From sequence record NC_017972.1: DNA of 64,000 nucleotides, one strand, 5' to 3'. The position numbers and the translations under genes are program-made. The notes below the pieces were generated by a model. That model made no database searches and had not been told where the DNA came from. It was given only the letters and a program-made list of their open reading frames with translations. Position 1 is the first letter of the stretch. Every line of letters starts with the position of its first letter. This document shows positions 1 through 8,519 of this stretch, one piece after another.

Positions 1-50
1 CTAGGGGTCTTGGTTTGTGGCTTGCGTTTAGTGCTGGTGGCGTATGGCAT
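1..50 (-). CDS. 5' end of an early gene running off the window (MPYATSTKRKPQTKTP...)
   Basis: ATG at 50-48, preceded by the same TTAGAGGAAGTTT RBS leader as the other early genes; frame open to the edge. Confidence 0.7.
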   Translation of the reverse strand, partial: MPYATSTKRKPQTKTP

Positions 51-140
51 GGAAACTTCCTCTAATCCGTGACTGTTAAAGTATCAGGCAGGCTTCGCCC
101 GATTCGTCTGCAAGATACCAAACGGCCCATAGCCTGTCAA
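51..140 (-). promoter_or_regulatory. sigma70-type early promoter P1 with 5' hairpin and RBS leader
   Basis: TTGACA (140-135), 17 nt, TATCTT (117-112); hairpin tcgggc..gcctga; RBS TTAGAGGAAG. Confidence 0.85.
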
Positions 141-160
141 CCCCCGGCCACCACACAGCC

Positions 161-222
161 TGCGCAGCCTCTATACGCGTGCGCAGCCTCTATACGCGTG
201 CGCAGCCTCTATACGCGTGCGC
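161..222. repeat. 3 perfect tandem copies of 19-nt TGCGCAGCCTCTATACGCG plus a 5-nt partial copy
   Basis: units 161-179, 180-198, 199-217 read directly from the sequence. Confidence 0.95.
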
Positions 223-266
223 GGGCGCGTGTACGCGTGTACGGGCGTGTAAGAGCCAGAAACGAC

Positions 267-300
267 AAAGCCCCTAACCGGCGCAAACCGGAGGGGCTTT
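267..300 (-). terminator. intrinsic terminator hairpin
   Basis: aaagcccct-ccgg...ccgg-aggggcttt stem just after the stop of 304..717. Confidence 0.7.
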
Positions 301-303
301 CTG

Positions 304-717
304 TCAGCCAATGAAGCACTGGCCGATATTTTTAACGAACATCGAACGCGAACCGATTGCGCGGCTTTGCGTTTCTAGCAGCTCGCAAATGTTGTGTTCG
401 TCGGTCACTGCAAACGACGGCACGCGCAAATGCTTTATGTAGTCGGAATAGATTTCCAGAGCATCGCGCACAAGGTACATGGAATCAATTGCACCGTGCG
501 GACGAAACTCGCGGCCAAACTCTTCAACGCGGGAACCGGCAGCGACAAAATAAATATCGTCGCCGTATGCTGGCTCTTCGTGTTTAGTGATCAGTACCAC
601 ACCGCGAAACGTTACGCGCTGATTATGTTTCAGGTCGAATATCGCTTTCGGATTCGCTTCGATATCGACAAGGTTATCGGTGCGCGGTTTGACTGAAATG
701 GAAAGGATACCATTCAT
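304..717 (-). CDS. hypothetical protein
   Basis: 137 aa ORF in a tightly packed operon. Confidence 0.7.
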   Translation of the reverse strand: MNGILSISVKPRTDNLVDIEANPKAIFDLKHNQRVTFRGVVLITKHEEPAYGDDIYFVAAGSRVEEFGREFRPHGAIDSMYLVRDALEIYSDYIKHLRVPSFAVTDEHNICELLETQSRAIGSRSMFVKNIGQCFIG

Positions 718-977
718 TTGCGCTTGAACTCCCCTTCAACGGTAACGCCGGGATCGCCGTCAGTGGTTGCTCCCGGCCACCTGCAAAGTTTGCGTAGCGT
801 TTCGATTTCCACATGCGCGTTAGTCAGCGCAATTTCTTGTACATAATTCTTCGCTTCGGCCTGCGCCAGCTTAGCGGCCAGAGTGACGCGCCGCCAAACT
901 TCCAACATATACAGAACGATGAACAGGAAAAGCATTCCGTATTGGATAACAGATTCGATAGCGTCACTCGCGCTCAT
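714..977 (-). CDS. small membrane protein
   Basis: N-terminal hydrophobic helix (YGMLFLFIVLYML), then coiled-coil-like segment. Confidence 0.7.
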   Translation of the reverse strand: MSASDAIESVIQYGMLFLFIVLYMLEVWRRVTLAAKLAQAEAKNYVQEIALTNAHVEIETLRKLCRWPGATTDGDPGVTVEGEFKRK

Positions 978-981
978 TTTG

Positions 982-1365
982 TCACCCCTGCATACAATCG
1001 ACTTTCACCGTGGCGCCGGTTGCCTTCGCGCTGGTTTCCAACGCTGGGCGCAGAATCTCGGCATTCTTTGCACAGACGGGCGCGGCACTGTCTTTGCCAT
1101 AGAAATCTGCAACCTTTACATCCTCGGCAGCGCCTTGATTGGCAATGTTGAGATTCAAGGTAACAAGCGCTTTCTTCTCGCTAGGTGCCAAACCGGTCAC
1201 GCAAGAAAAAGTGCCTTTGCGATTTTGCTTGTCAGCTTCCGCCTGCATGGAAACTTTGTTCGTTTCGCAAAGGCGCGATGCACTCGACGTATAGAAATCA
1301 GCAACGCGCAATTCTTTGCACGGCTGGCCCACAACCAAACAGATCGACAGCAGCAGAGACGACAT
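982..1365 (-). CDS. putative exported protein
   Basis: signal-peptide-like N-terminus, several Cys, AAGGA RBS. Confidence 0.7.
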   Translation of the reverse strand: MSSLLLSICLVVGQPCKELRVADFYTSSASRLCETNKVSMQAEADKQNRKGTFSCVTGLAPSEKKALVTLNLNIANQGAAEDVKVADFYGKDSAAPVCAKNAEILRPALETSAKATGATVKVDCMQG

Positions 1366-1376
1366 AGGTGATTTCC

Positions 1377-1910
1377 TTATTTCTTTTTGATTTGCAGAGT
1401 GATACCGCAGTCGAAAGAAAGACGTTTCAGAATCTCTTTCACGTTGCGGGTCAGGTCCGTTGCATTTTCGCAGTCGGTGTAATCGCAGTAGTCTTCGATC
1501 AGGCTACGGCGGTTTTTGCCTTCCGCACGATACGCCTTCCAGCAGAAGCCTAGCGGCATATCAAAAAACTCGAAATCGTCGCCGCGTTCAAAATGCAGAA
1601 CAAGCGAACGGTTGCCGGTGAGACGGTAAGTGAAATCCCAGCGGTAAACGGCGCGGCCCACATAGCAACCGGGAACGGCAGCGCCGGGTTTTACCGTGGC
1701 GCCTGCTTTGCGAGCGGAGGTAATCAGGCGCTCGATAATTTTATCCTGAATTTTGCGCTGGGCTTCCATGCGTTCGCCCAATTGCTCAGGCGAGCATTGC
1801 AAACGCTTCGCGGCTTTCAGGTATTCGATCCGGTTACGGGTGGCGGTCAACAGTCCTTCCATCGCTTCCAGATCGGCTTGGTTTTCGGCGGTCCAGTTAA
1901 TGCTATTCAT
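1377..1910 (-). CDS. hypothetical protein
   Basis: 177 aa ORF overlapping its neighbour by 8 nt. Confidence 0.75.
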   Translation of the reverse strand: MNSINWTAENQADLEAMEGLLTATRNRIEYLKAAKRLQCSPEQLGERMEAQRKIQDKIIERLITSARKAGATVKPGAAVPGCYVGRAVYRWDFTYRLTGNRSLVLHFERGDDFEFFDMPLGFCWKAYRAEGKNRRSLIEDYCDYTDCENATDLTRNVKEILKRLSFDCGITLQIKKK

Positions 1911-2364
1911 CCTGTTCTTCCTCGTCTTCTACAAAATCAACGTAGCGCACCAGCGAGCACTTGTAGTAGGTCACGCCGTCTTTAACCACACGGCAGTTAG
2001 AATTGTTGTAGCCGTTTTGGTATTTCCAGCCACCTTCCTGATACTTTTTCGGAAGCGGAGGTACGGCCATTTTAGTTTTCTGTTCGCGAATCGGAATCTC
2101 GCAATATTCGCGCACTTTACCGAACAACGGAAACGAATCGGTAAGCTCGACCGTAGCAGGCACACCGCTAAGATTGGCGAGCGCGGAAAGCAGCCCGCCA
2201 CCAGTGGTAACTAAGCGCAAAATGTTGCGGTGCGAGCGCTCACACTTGACCGTCAATTCCATATTGAAATCGGAATAGGAATCGTGGTCAGGGCGCTGGC
2301 TGTCAAAGTCCACACAGCGGCGAGTGAAACTAATGGACACTGGATAAGAAGTTTCCAGTTTCAT
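1903..2364 (-). CDS. hypothetical protein
   Basis: 153 aa ORF, GAGG RBS. Confidence 0.7.
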   Translation of the reverse strand: MKLETSYPVSISFTRRCVDFDSQRPDHDSYSDFNMELTVKCERSHRNILRLVTTGGGLLSALANLSGVPATVELTDSFPLFGKVREYCEIPIREQKTKMAVPPLPKKYQEGGWKYQNGYNNSNCRVVKDGVTYYKCSLVRYVDFVEDEEEQDE

Positions 2365-2371
2365 AAAAACC

Positions 2372-2977
2372 TCACAGATAAACGTAGGATTCCAATTCCG
2401 GCAACCGCTCTTCGGATTTGAAACGACGCATCGACCAAAGCGAAGTGCGCTTCAAATTTTCCTCATGCAGCAAGTTTACCGGGAAAATATCTACAGGCGG
2501 TTTGTACACACGCCGCATAGCTTCCTTCGTGCTCGATCCGGCGTAAACCAGCTGAACCTCTTTGGATGCCATGATAAAGCGAATTACAAAGCCGTGCTTG
2601 CGCACCGACTCTTCAAACGACTTATACGAATCCGCGCAGGGGAATCCGTCGAAATTGTCGTAGTCGTAAATAGGGCCTTCGACAATTTCCTCTTTAGTAT
2701 TTACAGATTCAGCAGAAGCCGCTGTAGAAGACTCTATTTGCGCGGCCAACCTTGCCAACTCTTTTTCTTCCTTGGTGAACGGAATATCACGCACGGTAGA
2801 TTCACGCGCTTGCGACCAGAACGGGCTACCGCCCAATTCGCTTTTAGGCAGCGAATCCGCTTGCGCTTTCTTTTCACGCTTTACGACGTTTTCTCGGAAA
2901 GTCAGGTAAACAAGCGCACCGACGCAAAGCAGAATTCCCACCACAACAAAACAGCCAACCAATACAGGCCATTCCAT
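2372..2977 (-). CDS. membrane-anchored hypothetical protein
   Basis: start reassigned to ATG 2977 (GGAG RBS; avoids the overlap and hairpin); N-terminal TM helix. Confidence 0.7.
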   Translation of the reverse strand: MEWPVLVGCFVVVGILLCVGALVYLTFRENVVKREKKAQADSLPKSELGGSPFWSQARESTVRDIPFTKEEKELARLAAQIESSTAASAESVNTKEEIVEGPIYDYDNFDGFPCADSYKSFEESVRKHGFVIRFIMASKEVQLVYAGSSTKEAMRRVYKPPVDIFPVNLLHEENLKRTSLWSMRRFKSEERLPELESYVYL

Positions 2978-2997
2978 GATTTTCTCCCGATGAACAT

Positions 2998-3021
2998 AAC
3001 CCCGGTTTTTAGGCCGGGGTT
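2998..3021. terminator. GC-rich hairpin with GCCTAA at the loop
   Basis: aaccccgg/ccggggtt stem downstream of the KTSC gene; U-tract weak on -, stronger on +. Confidence 0.55.
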
Positions 3022-3050
3022 TATTTTTGTGATCCGGTGTTGTCTTGCTT

Positions 3051-4442
3051 TTAGTGCAAGGCCTCAACCGCGTTGAATTGAGCCGCAACCAGTTTGCCGA
3101 CGAAGGTAGGCTGGCCGTCCAGCATTGCCACTTGTGCGAACGGTACAGCGGTTTTGCCGTCGCTCAGCACTGCCACGCGTACATCATCGCGGCGAACTAC
3201 GCGCAGAACGCCAACCACTTTAGAGCGCGCACCTTTCACCAGACGCAGGCCGTTTTCTTTGAGGTCGGCAATGGTCGGGGTCGCTTCGACTTTGTGCTGT
3301 TTTGCTTCGGCCTTGTCGAAATTGGCGCGTGGCGCTTTGGTTTCGGCTGGCTTGCTTGCAGCAGTCTTACGGGTGTTTTCAGCAGGCTTTGCAGCCGGGG
3401 TGTTTTCAGCAACTTCGGCCACGCGGAATTTGCCTTTTACTTCGACAATCGAATCCAGCGGAATGCGCTTACCGGATTGAGTCACAACCGAACGCACGCC
3501 AGTGGTTTTGTTGCGCTGGATTGCTTCGACTACTTCGTGCTTGCGGCCATCAATAAACCCCTCGGCGCGCAGGCGGGTAGTGCTTACTTCGGTTTTTGCA
3601 GCGGCTTTTGCAACAGGCGCAGCGGCAGCTGGTTTTGCGTCAGCTTTTGCAGCCGGGGTTTTTTCGCCTTTGACCATACGGCCTTTGCGGTTGTCACGAA
3701 TGTGCGCAACAAAGTGTTTACCGGCGCTGGTGGCGTTTTCCAGTGCGCGAACATCGCTCAGCGAAACAGCCTCATACGCCCAGCGTGCGCCATCGTTGAA
3801 GGTGGCGAACAGCGTTTGAGTGTTGCGGTCATACTCGGCGGCTTTCAGCAGGGCAGACGGTTTGATTTTCAGTACGCGAATCGGGTACTGGCGGATTGCT
3901 TCTTTTTCAACCGACAGTTTTTCTTCTTTGACGGCTGGCGCTTTCGGTGCAACGGTTTCGCCTTTCTTGGCGTAGTTGGCAATGGCCGATTCCTTCACGC
4001 GGAAAGTGCCGCGATTGTTGCGCTCGATATCGCCCAGTGCGATACGCAGGCCGGAAGCGGTTACAGCTTCGCGGGTATCGGTCGCTTTGTTGCGGGAAAT
4101 GCGCACGACGGTTTCTTTTGCGCGGCCCAGCAGCACGATTTGATCGCGCAGGTCAGCGGCTTTGATTTCCGGCGCGGCATTTTCTTTAGGCGCGGAAACT
4201 TTTGCAGCCGGGGTTTTGGTTTCGGTTGCTTTCGGAGCTGGCGCCGGGGCGGCTTCGGCCTGCTTGGCTTTGAACTCTTTGTGCCAGTGTTTCAGATCGC
4301 GCAGGGTAACGCCGTTGCCCAAATCGGAAGCCAAACGGAACAGCGGGGCGCCGGTGGCTTTCTTGTGTTCGCGGTTGGCGGTTTCAATAGCTTCAACAGC
4401 AGCAACCAGCATGGCTTGGGCGGTGTAGGATACGGTGGTCAT
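3051..4442 (-). CDS. KTSC-domain, Lys/Ala/Pro-rich (histone H1/AlgP-like) protein
   Basis: SALLKAAEYDRNTQTLFATFNDGARWAYEAV...SAGKHFVAHIR matches the KTSC pattern; repeated KTPAAK/KPAA linkers. Confidence 0.75.
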   Translation of the reverse strand: MTTVSYTAQAMLVAAVEAIETANREHKKATGAPLFRLASDLGNGVTLRDLKHWHKEFKAKQAEAAPAPAPKATETKTPAAKVSAPKENAAPEIKAADLRDQIVLLGRAKETVVRISRNKATDTREAVTASGLRIALGDIERNNRGTFRVKESAIANYAKKGETVAPKAPAVKEEKLSVEKEAIRQYPIRVLKIKPSALLKAAEYDRNTQTLFATFNDGARWAYEAVSLSDVRALENATSAGKHFVAHIRDNRKGRMVKGEKTPAAKADAKPAAAAPVAKAAAKTEVSTTRLRAEGFIDGRKHEVVEAIQRNKTTGVRSVVTQSGKRIPLDSIVEVKGKFRVAEVAENTPAAKPAENTRKTAASKPAETKAPRANFDKAEAKQHKVEATPTIADLKENGLRLVKGARSKVVGVLRVVRRDDVRVAVLSDGKTAVPFAQVAMLDGQPTFVGKLVAAQFNAVEALH

Positions 4443-4533
4443 GGGAAACTTCCTCTAAAGTGTGATCGTCTTTGTTTCGGGCAGGCTTTGCCCGAGTGAC
4501 TGCATATTGGCTTATGGTGGCCGGGGGTGTCAA
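4443..4533 (-). promoter_or_regulatory. sigma70-type early promoter P2 with 5' hairpin and RBS leader
   Basis: TTGACA (4533-4528), 18 nt, CAATAT; perfect tcgggca/tgcccga hairpin; TTAGAGGAAGTTT. Confidence 0.75.
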
Positions 4534-4584
4534 TAGGCTAGTACCAAAAAAGTGACCGCCCCGGCTAAAAACTTTGTTCGGGCC

Positions 4585-4959
4585 TTACCGGCGCGTGCCG
4601 TGTTTCCGGGCGCTGCGCTCGTTTTCGTCGCGCTCTTCCAGAATCGTAGCGAGGTGCGCTAGCGCGTCTTCTGGTTTCAGAAAGTAGGAGGACAAGGTTT
4701 CATGACGCGGCGTAAAAGTTCGCTCGCCCGCCTGAAAAACGGTGTCGCCCTCTTCGTCGGTGTCCACGCGCAGAAACAAAATTGATTCCTCGGCGGTGAT
4801 CGAAATTTCTTCGGCTTCGTGGTTAACGTTTACGAATCCAAGAAGTTCGGCCAGCGCTTCCAAATCTACAGCGGATTCTTGCTGCTCGATTGCCGTGGCG
4901 TGGTAAAGCGCAAACTGTGGAAAGTTTGCCAGAATGGAATTCTTGCGATTCTTGCTCAT
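4585..4959 (-). CDS. hypothetical acidic protein
   Basis: 124 aa ORF with RBS. Confidence 0.7.
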   Translation of the reverse strand: MSKNRKNSILANFPQFALYHATAIEQQESAVDLEALAELLGFVNVNHEAEEISITAEESILFLRVDTDEEGDTVFQAGERTFTPRHETLSSYFLKPEDALAHLATILEERDENERSARKHGTRR

Positions 4960-4992
4960 TTCGGGATTCCTACTTATTAGAAATTAGTTTGC

Positions 4993-5400
4993 TCAGCGAT
5001 GGGCGCGCATGGAAAGCCTTTCCACTTTGCCGTGCAGGTCTTCGATTTCAAAATCTGCATTGAGGCGCGTGCGTGCCGCCATGATTCCGTGACACTGATC
5101 GGAAACGTCGCGTTCCGCAATCCAGCTTTCGATACGGCGCCCGCTTCGCATAAGGAACAGTGCGCGGGTGTTTTGATCGTATTCGTGCTTGAATTCGATT
5201 TCCGGGTGGAACCGGTCGAACGCCGTGCGCAGGTCGATTAGCGAATTGGCGCGGATCGTGACAAAACCGCCGTGCAACATTTTGGCGTGCGTGGTGAAAG
5301 TAAAAGGATGCTGCATCACGCCGGACTCGTCCAGAAAAACCGCACCGAGTTCAGTTTCGTGGATTGCGTTAACCTCGCTGACTGCTTTTTCGTTTTGCAT
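4993..5400 (-). CDS. hypothetical protein
   Basis: 135 aa ORF, AGGGA RBS. Confidence 0.7.
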   Translation of the reverse strand: MQNEKAVSEVNAIHETELGAVFLDESGVMQHPFTFTTHAKMLHGGFVTIRANSLIDLRTAFDRFHPEIEFKHEYDQNTRALFLMRSGRRIESWIAERDVSDQCHGIMAARTRLNADFEIEDLHGKVERLSMRAHR

Positions 5401-5490
5401 CGTGATTTCCCTACGGATGAATTAGTTTTCAGTACAACCAGCGTGCGCACTCAAAAATGCTAGGCATTAATGCAGAATGCGCAGACGGGT

Positions 5491-5898
5491 TTATCTGGCG
5501 ACTATGCGATGCGGGATCGGATCAATATGCGGCTCGACTTCCCTACCGAGCACGATGGAAAGTAAACCAGCAGCAGAACGCGCTGCATGGCGCCAAGGCC
5601 CATCGCCTTTTACGTGCGTTGCAAAGAAGGTCGAACCTTCCAGAGTTTCCGCCAGCAATTCCGCCTGCTCGACACTTTGCAGGCAAACGGAAATCATCAG
5701 GCCATCGCAAGCGGCAAACAGCCGGTAGTAATCGTCGGCAGCTTTGACAAGTTTTTCAGAATCCAGCGCACGCTCGCGCAGGTCGTTATTGAAAAGCTCG
5801 TCAAAGTCTTCGGCGTCGAAGCTGATAAGGTGCGACAACCGATGCTGCATTACTTCGCGCTGCATTTTGGTCAGAATCAGTTTTTGTGGGAAAGGCAT
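5491..5898 (-). CDS. hypothetical protein
   Basis: 135 aa ORF, AGGAG RBS. Confidence 0.75.
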   Translation of the reverse strand: MPFPQKLILTKMQREVMQHRLSHLISFDAEDFDELFNNDLRERALDSEKLVKAADDYYRLFAACDGLMISVCLQSVEQAELLAETLEGSTFFATHVKGDGPWRHAARSAAGLLSIVLGREVEPHIDPIPHRIVAR

Positions 5899-5900
5899 TT

Positions 5901-6251
5901 TTAGTGCTCCTGCTTTGGGATCGAATCGAAATGGCCGGGGCCGCTGGTGAACGGACGCATGTACAAATTGTGCTGGCGCGCATAATCAATCTCACGCGGC
6001 GAATAGGTGCGCTCTTCATAATCTTGACCGAACGCGATAGAGATACGAACCGTAACCGAGGCATCGCTATTAACGCGGAACAGCTGTTTGCCGAATACAG
6101 GAAAACCCAAAACGGCGCGTTGCGTTTTTGCGTCAAGGCGGATTTCTTTATCCTCCAAATCCGAAAGCGCAATGGTTTCAAAGAACGAAAGGATACCGGC
6201 GCTCTTTGGCATTGCCCAATCTGCGATGGCGGCGAACTGAATACGGCTCAT
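5901..6251 (-). CDS. hypothetical early protein
   Basis: first gene after P3. Confidence 0.8.
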   Translation of the reverse strand: MSRIQFAAIADWAMPKSAGILSFFETIALSDLEDKEIRLDAKTQRAVLGFPVFGKQLFRVNSDASVTVRISIAFGQDYEERTYSPREIDYARQHNLYMRPFTSGPGHFDSIPKQEH

Positions 6252-6342
6252 GCTGAAACTTCCCTAATGGCGTGACTGTAAAAGTATCGGGCACACTCTG
6301 CCCGTCTGCCCATAGAGTCTCAAAACGCGGGGGCCATGTCAA
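6252..6342 (-). promoter_or_regulatory. sigma70-type early promoter P3 with 5' hairpin and RBS leader
   Basis: TTGACA (6342-6337), 17 nt, GACTCT with upstream TG; cgggca/tgcccg hairpin; TTAGGGAAGTTT. Confidence 0.75.
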
Positions 6343-6425
6343 CGGGCCAGCACAGAAAGTTGGCGCGGCTTTCTATACGCGGGCGCGCATACGCGTAGGC
6401 CAGAAAGTCAGATTCCGGGCACAAG

Positions 6426-6447
6426 AAAGCCCGCGCATGGCGGGCTT
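6426..6447 (-). terminator. intrinsic terminator hairpin
   Basis: aagcccgc/gcgggctt stem followed by TTTCTTGT. Confidence 0.65.
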
Positions 6448-6475
6448 ATCTCGGGGCGCTAGGTAGGTAGCGGTT

Positions 6476-6874
6476 TTACTTTGTCGGCACAAAAGAAACC
6501 ACGCGGGGCGCCTTAGAGCCTGATTGTGCGGGTACTCCGTTTATGTAGTAGGCGACGTGGGAGTGCAGGCGCTCCCTGCCGTTTATGATCGGGTGGCCGT
6601 ACATGATTGTGCCGCTGCCATTCATGGTGTGTATGGCTACCTGATTTCCGTTCTCAAGACGATAACGCCCAGTCAGCTGCATAATCACGTCAGAGTCAAT
6701 TAGCGTCATGATTGCCGTTCCTCCCGGCGGCGGTTCGATTGTCATTGCAGCTTCCATAAATCGCTGCGCGGTTTCCTTGTCGCGACTGAACCACATATCG
6801 TATTCCTTTTCAAAAGGTTCACCGTTCAAAACGGAAACGCCTTTGAGGTGAACGTGTGCGCCGTAGAGTTTCAT
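6476..6874 (-). CDS. hypothetical protein
   Basis: 132 aa ORF. Confidence 0.7.
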   Translation of the reverse strand: MKLYGAHVHLKGVSVLNGEPFEKEYDMWFSRDKETAQRFMEAAMTIEPPPGGTAIMTLIDSDVIMQLTGRYRLENGNQVAIHTMNGSGTIMYGHPIINGRERLHSHVAYYINGVPAQSGSKAPRVVSFVPTK

Positions 6875-6877
6875 TGA

Positions 6878-7321
6878 TTAGAATCCTGTCAGTTTGCAAA
6901 GGCGTGCCATTTTCATTGTGATTGCCGCCCGCTGTCCAAAGTTCGGTGTTACGGTGTAAAGCCATTTCGTTGAGGATTTAATTCTGGCGTGCGTATAGGC
7001 GCAACGCTTGCCAGCTTTATACAAACTCTCGATAGCGCTTGCGAGTGTGTACCCGCGCCCGAATTGATTTGCATCGCTGGCGATTACCATAACGACGCCC
7101 AACAGTTCCTCGATTTTTGAACCGTCGCCCTCTCGGGTGTAAAACAAAAAGTTGGAATTGGTATCGCCCCACGCGGTAAGGTCGCCGTCTTCTTCCAGTT
7201 TAATGCAAAGCGCGTATTCCTGCGCACCAGCTGCGGCCAGTGCGGGTTTTACAAAATGAGTCGGCTTCACCACGGTTAAATCTCCAGCTTCACAACAATG
7301 CCCCAAACGGCTTTTTCGCAC
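6878..7321 (-). CDS. hypothetical protein (start uncertain)
   Basis: 147 aa ORF; overlap with the upstream gene suggests a later start. Confidence 0.65.
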   Translation of the reverse strand: MRKSRLGHCCEAGDLTVVKPTHFVKPALAAAGAQEYALCIKLEEDGDLTAWGDTNSNFLFYTREGDGSKIEELLGVVMVIASDANQFGRGYTLASAIESLYKAGKRCAYTHARIKSSTKWLYTVTPNFGQRAAITMKMARLCKLTGF

Positions 7322-7575
7322 GGCGGCTCAAAGCGTCCATAGACCGCCATGTTTTCGTGATGCCTTTCCAGAATGCGCTTGATCGTGTCGCACACGTTGG
7401 AATCGCTAGAGCCTTCGTGTTTTGCTGCAAGGTAGGAAGGCGAATCTTGCACCAGCACGCGATAGGCTGCGCGAATAGATGCCGCGTCACGCTTGGCACG
7501 CATTTGCTTAACAACCAACTCAAATTCTGCATCGGTCAGTTGTTCGTGCTTTTTGATTTCGTTGAAAAACGCCAC
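7276..7575 (-). CDS. KorA/TrfB-like HTH transcriptional regulator
   Basis: LTDAEFELVV...IRAAYRVLVQDSP...AAKHEGSSDSNVCDTIKRI parallels the KorA pattern LTESQF...IARGVLVDG...GAVSQAVHR. Confidence 0.55.
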   Translation of the reverse strand: MAFFNEIKKHEQLTDAEFELVVKQMRAKRDAASIRAAYRVLVQDSPSYLAAKHEGSSDSNVCDTIKRILERHHENMAVYGRFEPPCEKAVWGIVVKLEI

Positions 7576-7587
7576 GGGGTTTCCTTA

Positions 7588-8085
7588 CTAGACTACTTTA
7601 AAGGTTGCACGCTCGCCAGCGGCTACTACGTTGGTAAATTCTGCAATGTCGATATCGTGCAGGATGATCAGGCCGTTTCCTGTGTTGGTGATATGCTGTT
7701 CCATTGCGGAATAATCCAGCCCTTCGCCGAACGCGGCAATCATTGCGTTTTCGATTTCAGTCTGCTTGAACTTGAAGCGCTGCTTTGTGTGCTCGGTGTC
7801 GTGCAGCTCCAAAGTTTTATTTTGCAGCGCAACTATCGTCAAATGCGGGAATTGCAATTCAACGTCACCATGCGACATGCGCACCGCGTACAGGAAAGGT
7901 TTCACGCGCAGGTTTTCCACGCCGGGAACCGTGCGAGTTTTGACGCTCATGTTTATTTTTGCAGGGTCCGCCATGAAATCCCGTACCTGCAAACACAGCT
8001 CGGGACTCTGGCCGATCAGATACCAGATATCCTTTGGTTCCGGTTTCTGCTCGCTTAACGCCATGATGAAAAACATGGTAGGCAT
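7588..8085 (-). CDS. hypothetical protein
   Basis: 165 aa ORF, AAGGA RBS. Confidence 0.75.
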   Translation of the reverse strand: MPTMFFIMALSEQKPEPKDIWYLIGQSPELCLQVRDFMADPAKINMSVKTRTVPGVENLRVKPFLYAVRMSHGDVELQFPHLTIVALQNKTLELHDTEHTKQRFKFKQTEIENAMIAAFGEGLDYSAMEQHITNTGNGLIILHDIDIAEFTNVVAAGERATFKVV

Positions 8086-8100
8086 TCCTTTTTAGTTTAC

Positions 8101-8131
8101 TACCGACAAACCCCGCACTAGGCGGGGTTCT
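8101..8131 (-). repeat. 31-bp element identical to 9241..9271 (hairpin plus tail)
   Basis: taccgacaaaccccgcactaggcggggttct present at both loci. Confidence 0.9.
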
Positions 8132-8138
8132 TGTTGGA

Positions 8139-8519
8139 TCAGGCGCGGCGTTTCTTGCTGCGCGAAAGGCTGGCGCCCTTGCGGTTAGGCTTAGGCTTTT
8201 TGGCGCTGGTGAAAATCTGCAACAGGCTTTCCGTTTTCGTTTTAATGTAGCCGTCGTGTACCAGCGCATTGCGCAGACAGGCTAAGTCACCGCCCATATC
8301 GCACCGGCCAGCAGTGCGCAGCCATGCGTTACGTTCCGCGTGCGGAATCACAATGCAGGCGCGGACAAAAACGAACTGGCGAATTTCAATTACCAGTTGT
8401 TCTGGCTCTTGAATGCGCACCAGATCAAAAACCGGATCAAGCAGGTCGCCCGCCACGAACGGATTCGGTTTGAACCACGATTCGATTTCGTCAACCTTTT
8501 GCAGGATTGGATTAGTCAT
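8139..8519 (-). CDS. hypothetical protein
   Basis: 126 aa ORF, basic C-terminus. Confidence 0.7.
   Translation of the reverse strand: MTNPILQKVDEIESWFKPNPFVAGDLLDPVFDLVRIQEPEQLVIEIRQFVFVRACIVIPHAERNAWLRTAGRCDMGGDLACLRNALVHDGYIKTKTESLLQIFTSAKKPKPNRKGASLSRSKKRRA

Noticed and set aside
161-222. 19-bp repeat as a CRISPR array
   Set aside because: Units are contiguous with no spacers, and no cas genes are present
714-1365. Spanin pair (Rz/Rz1)
   Set aside because: No clear lipobox, no nested arrangement, and far from the endolysin
1365-1389. C_AAA_AAG near the stop of 1377..1910, with the -1 frame in register with the next gene
   Set aside because: Weaker heptamer, and the downstream gene has its own AAGGA RBS, ATG and signal peptide; in-register adjacency occurs one time in three by chance
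7588-8085. Dihydrofolate reductase
   Set aside because: Only the N-terminal strand is reminiscent; the IG..G.LPW and GG..(I/V)Y motifs are absent
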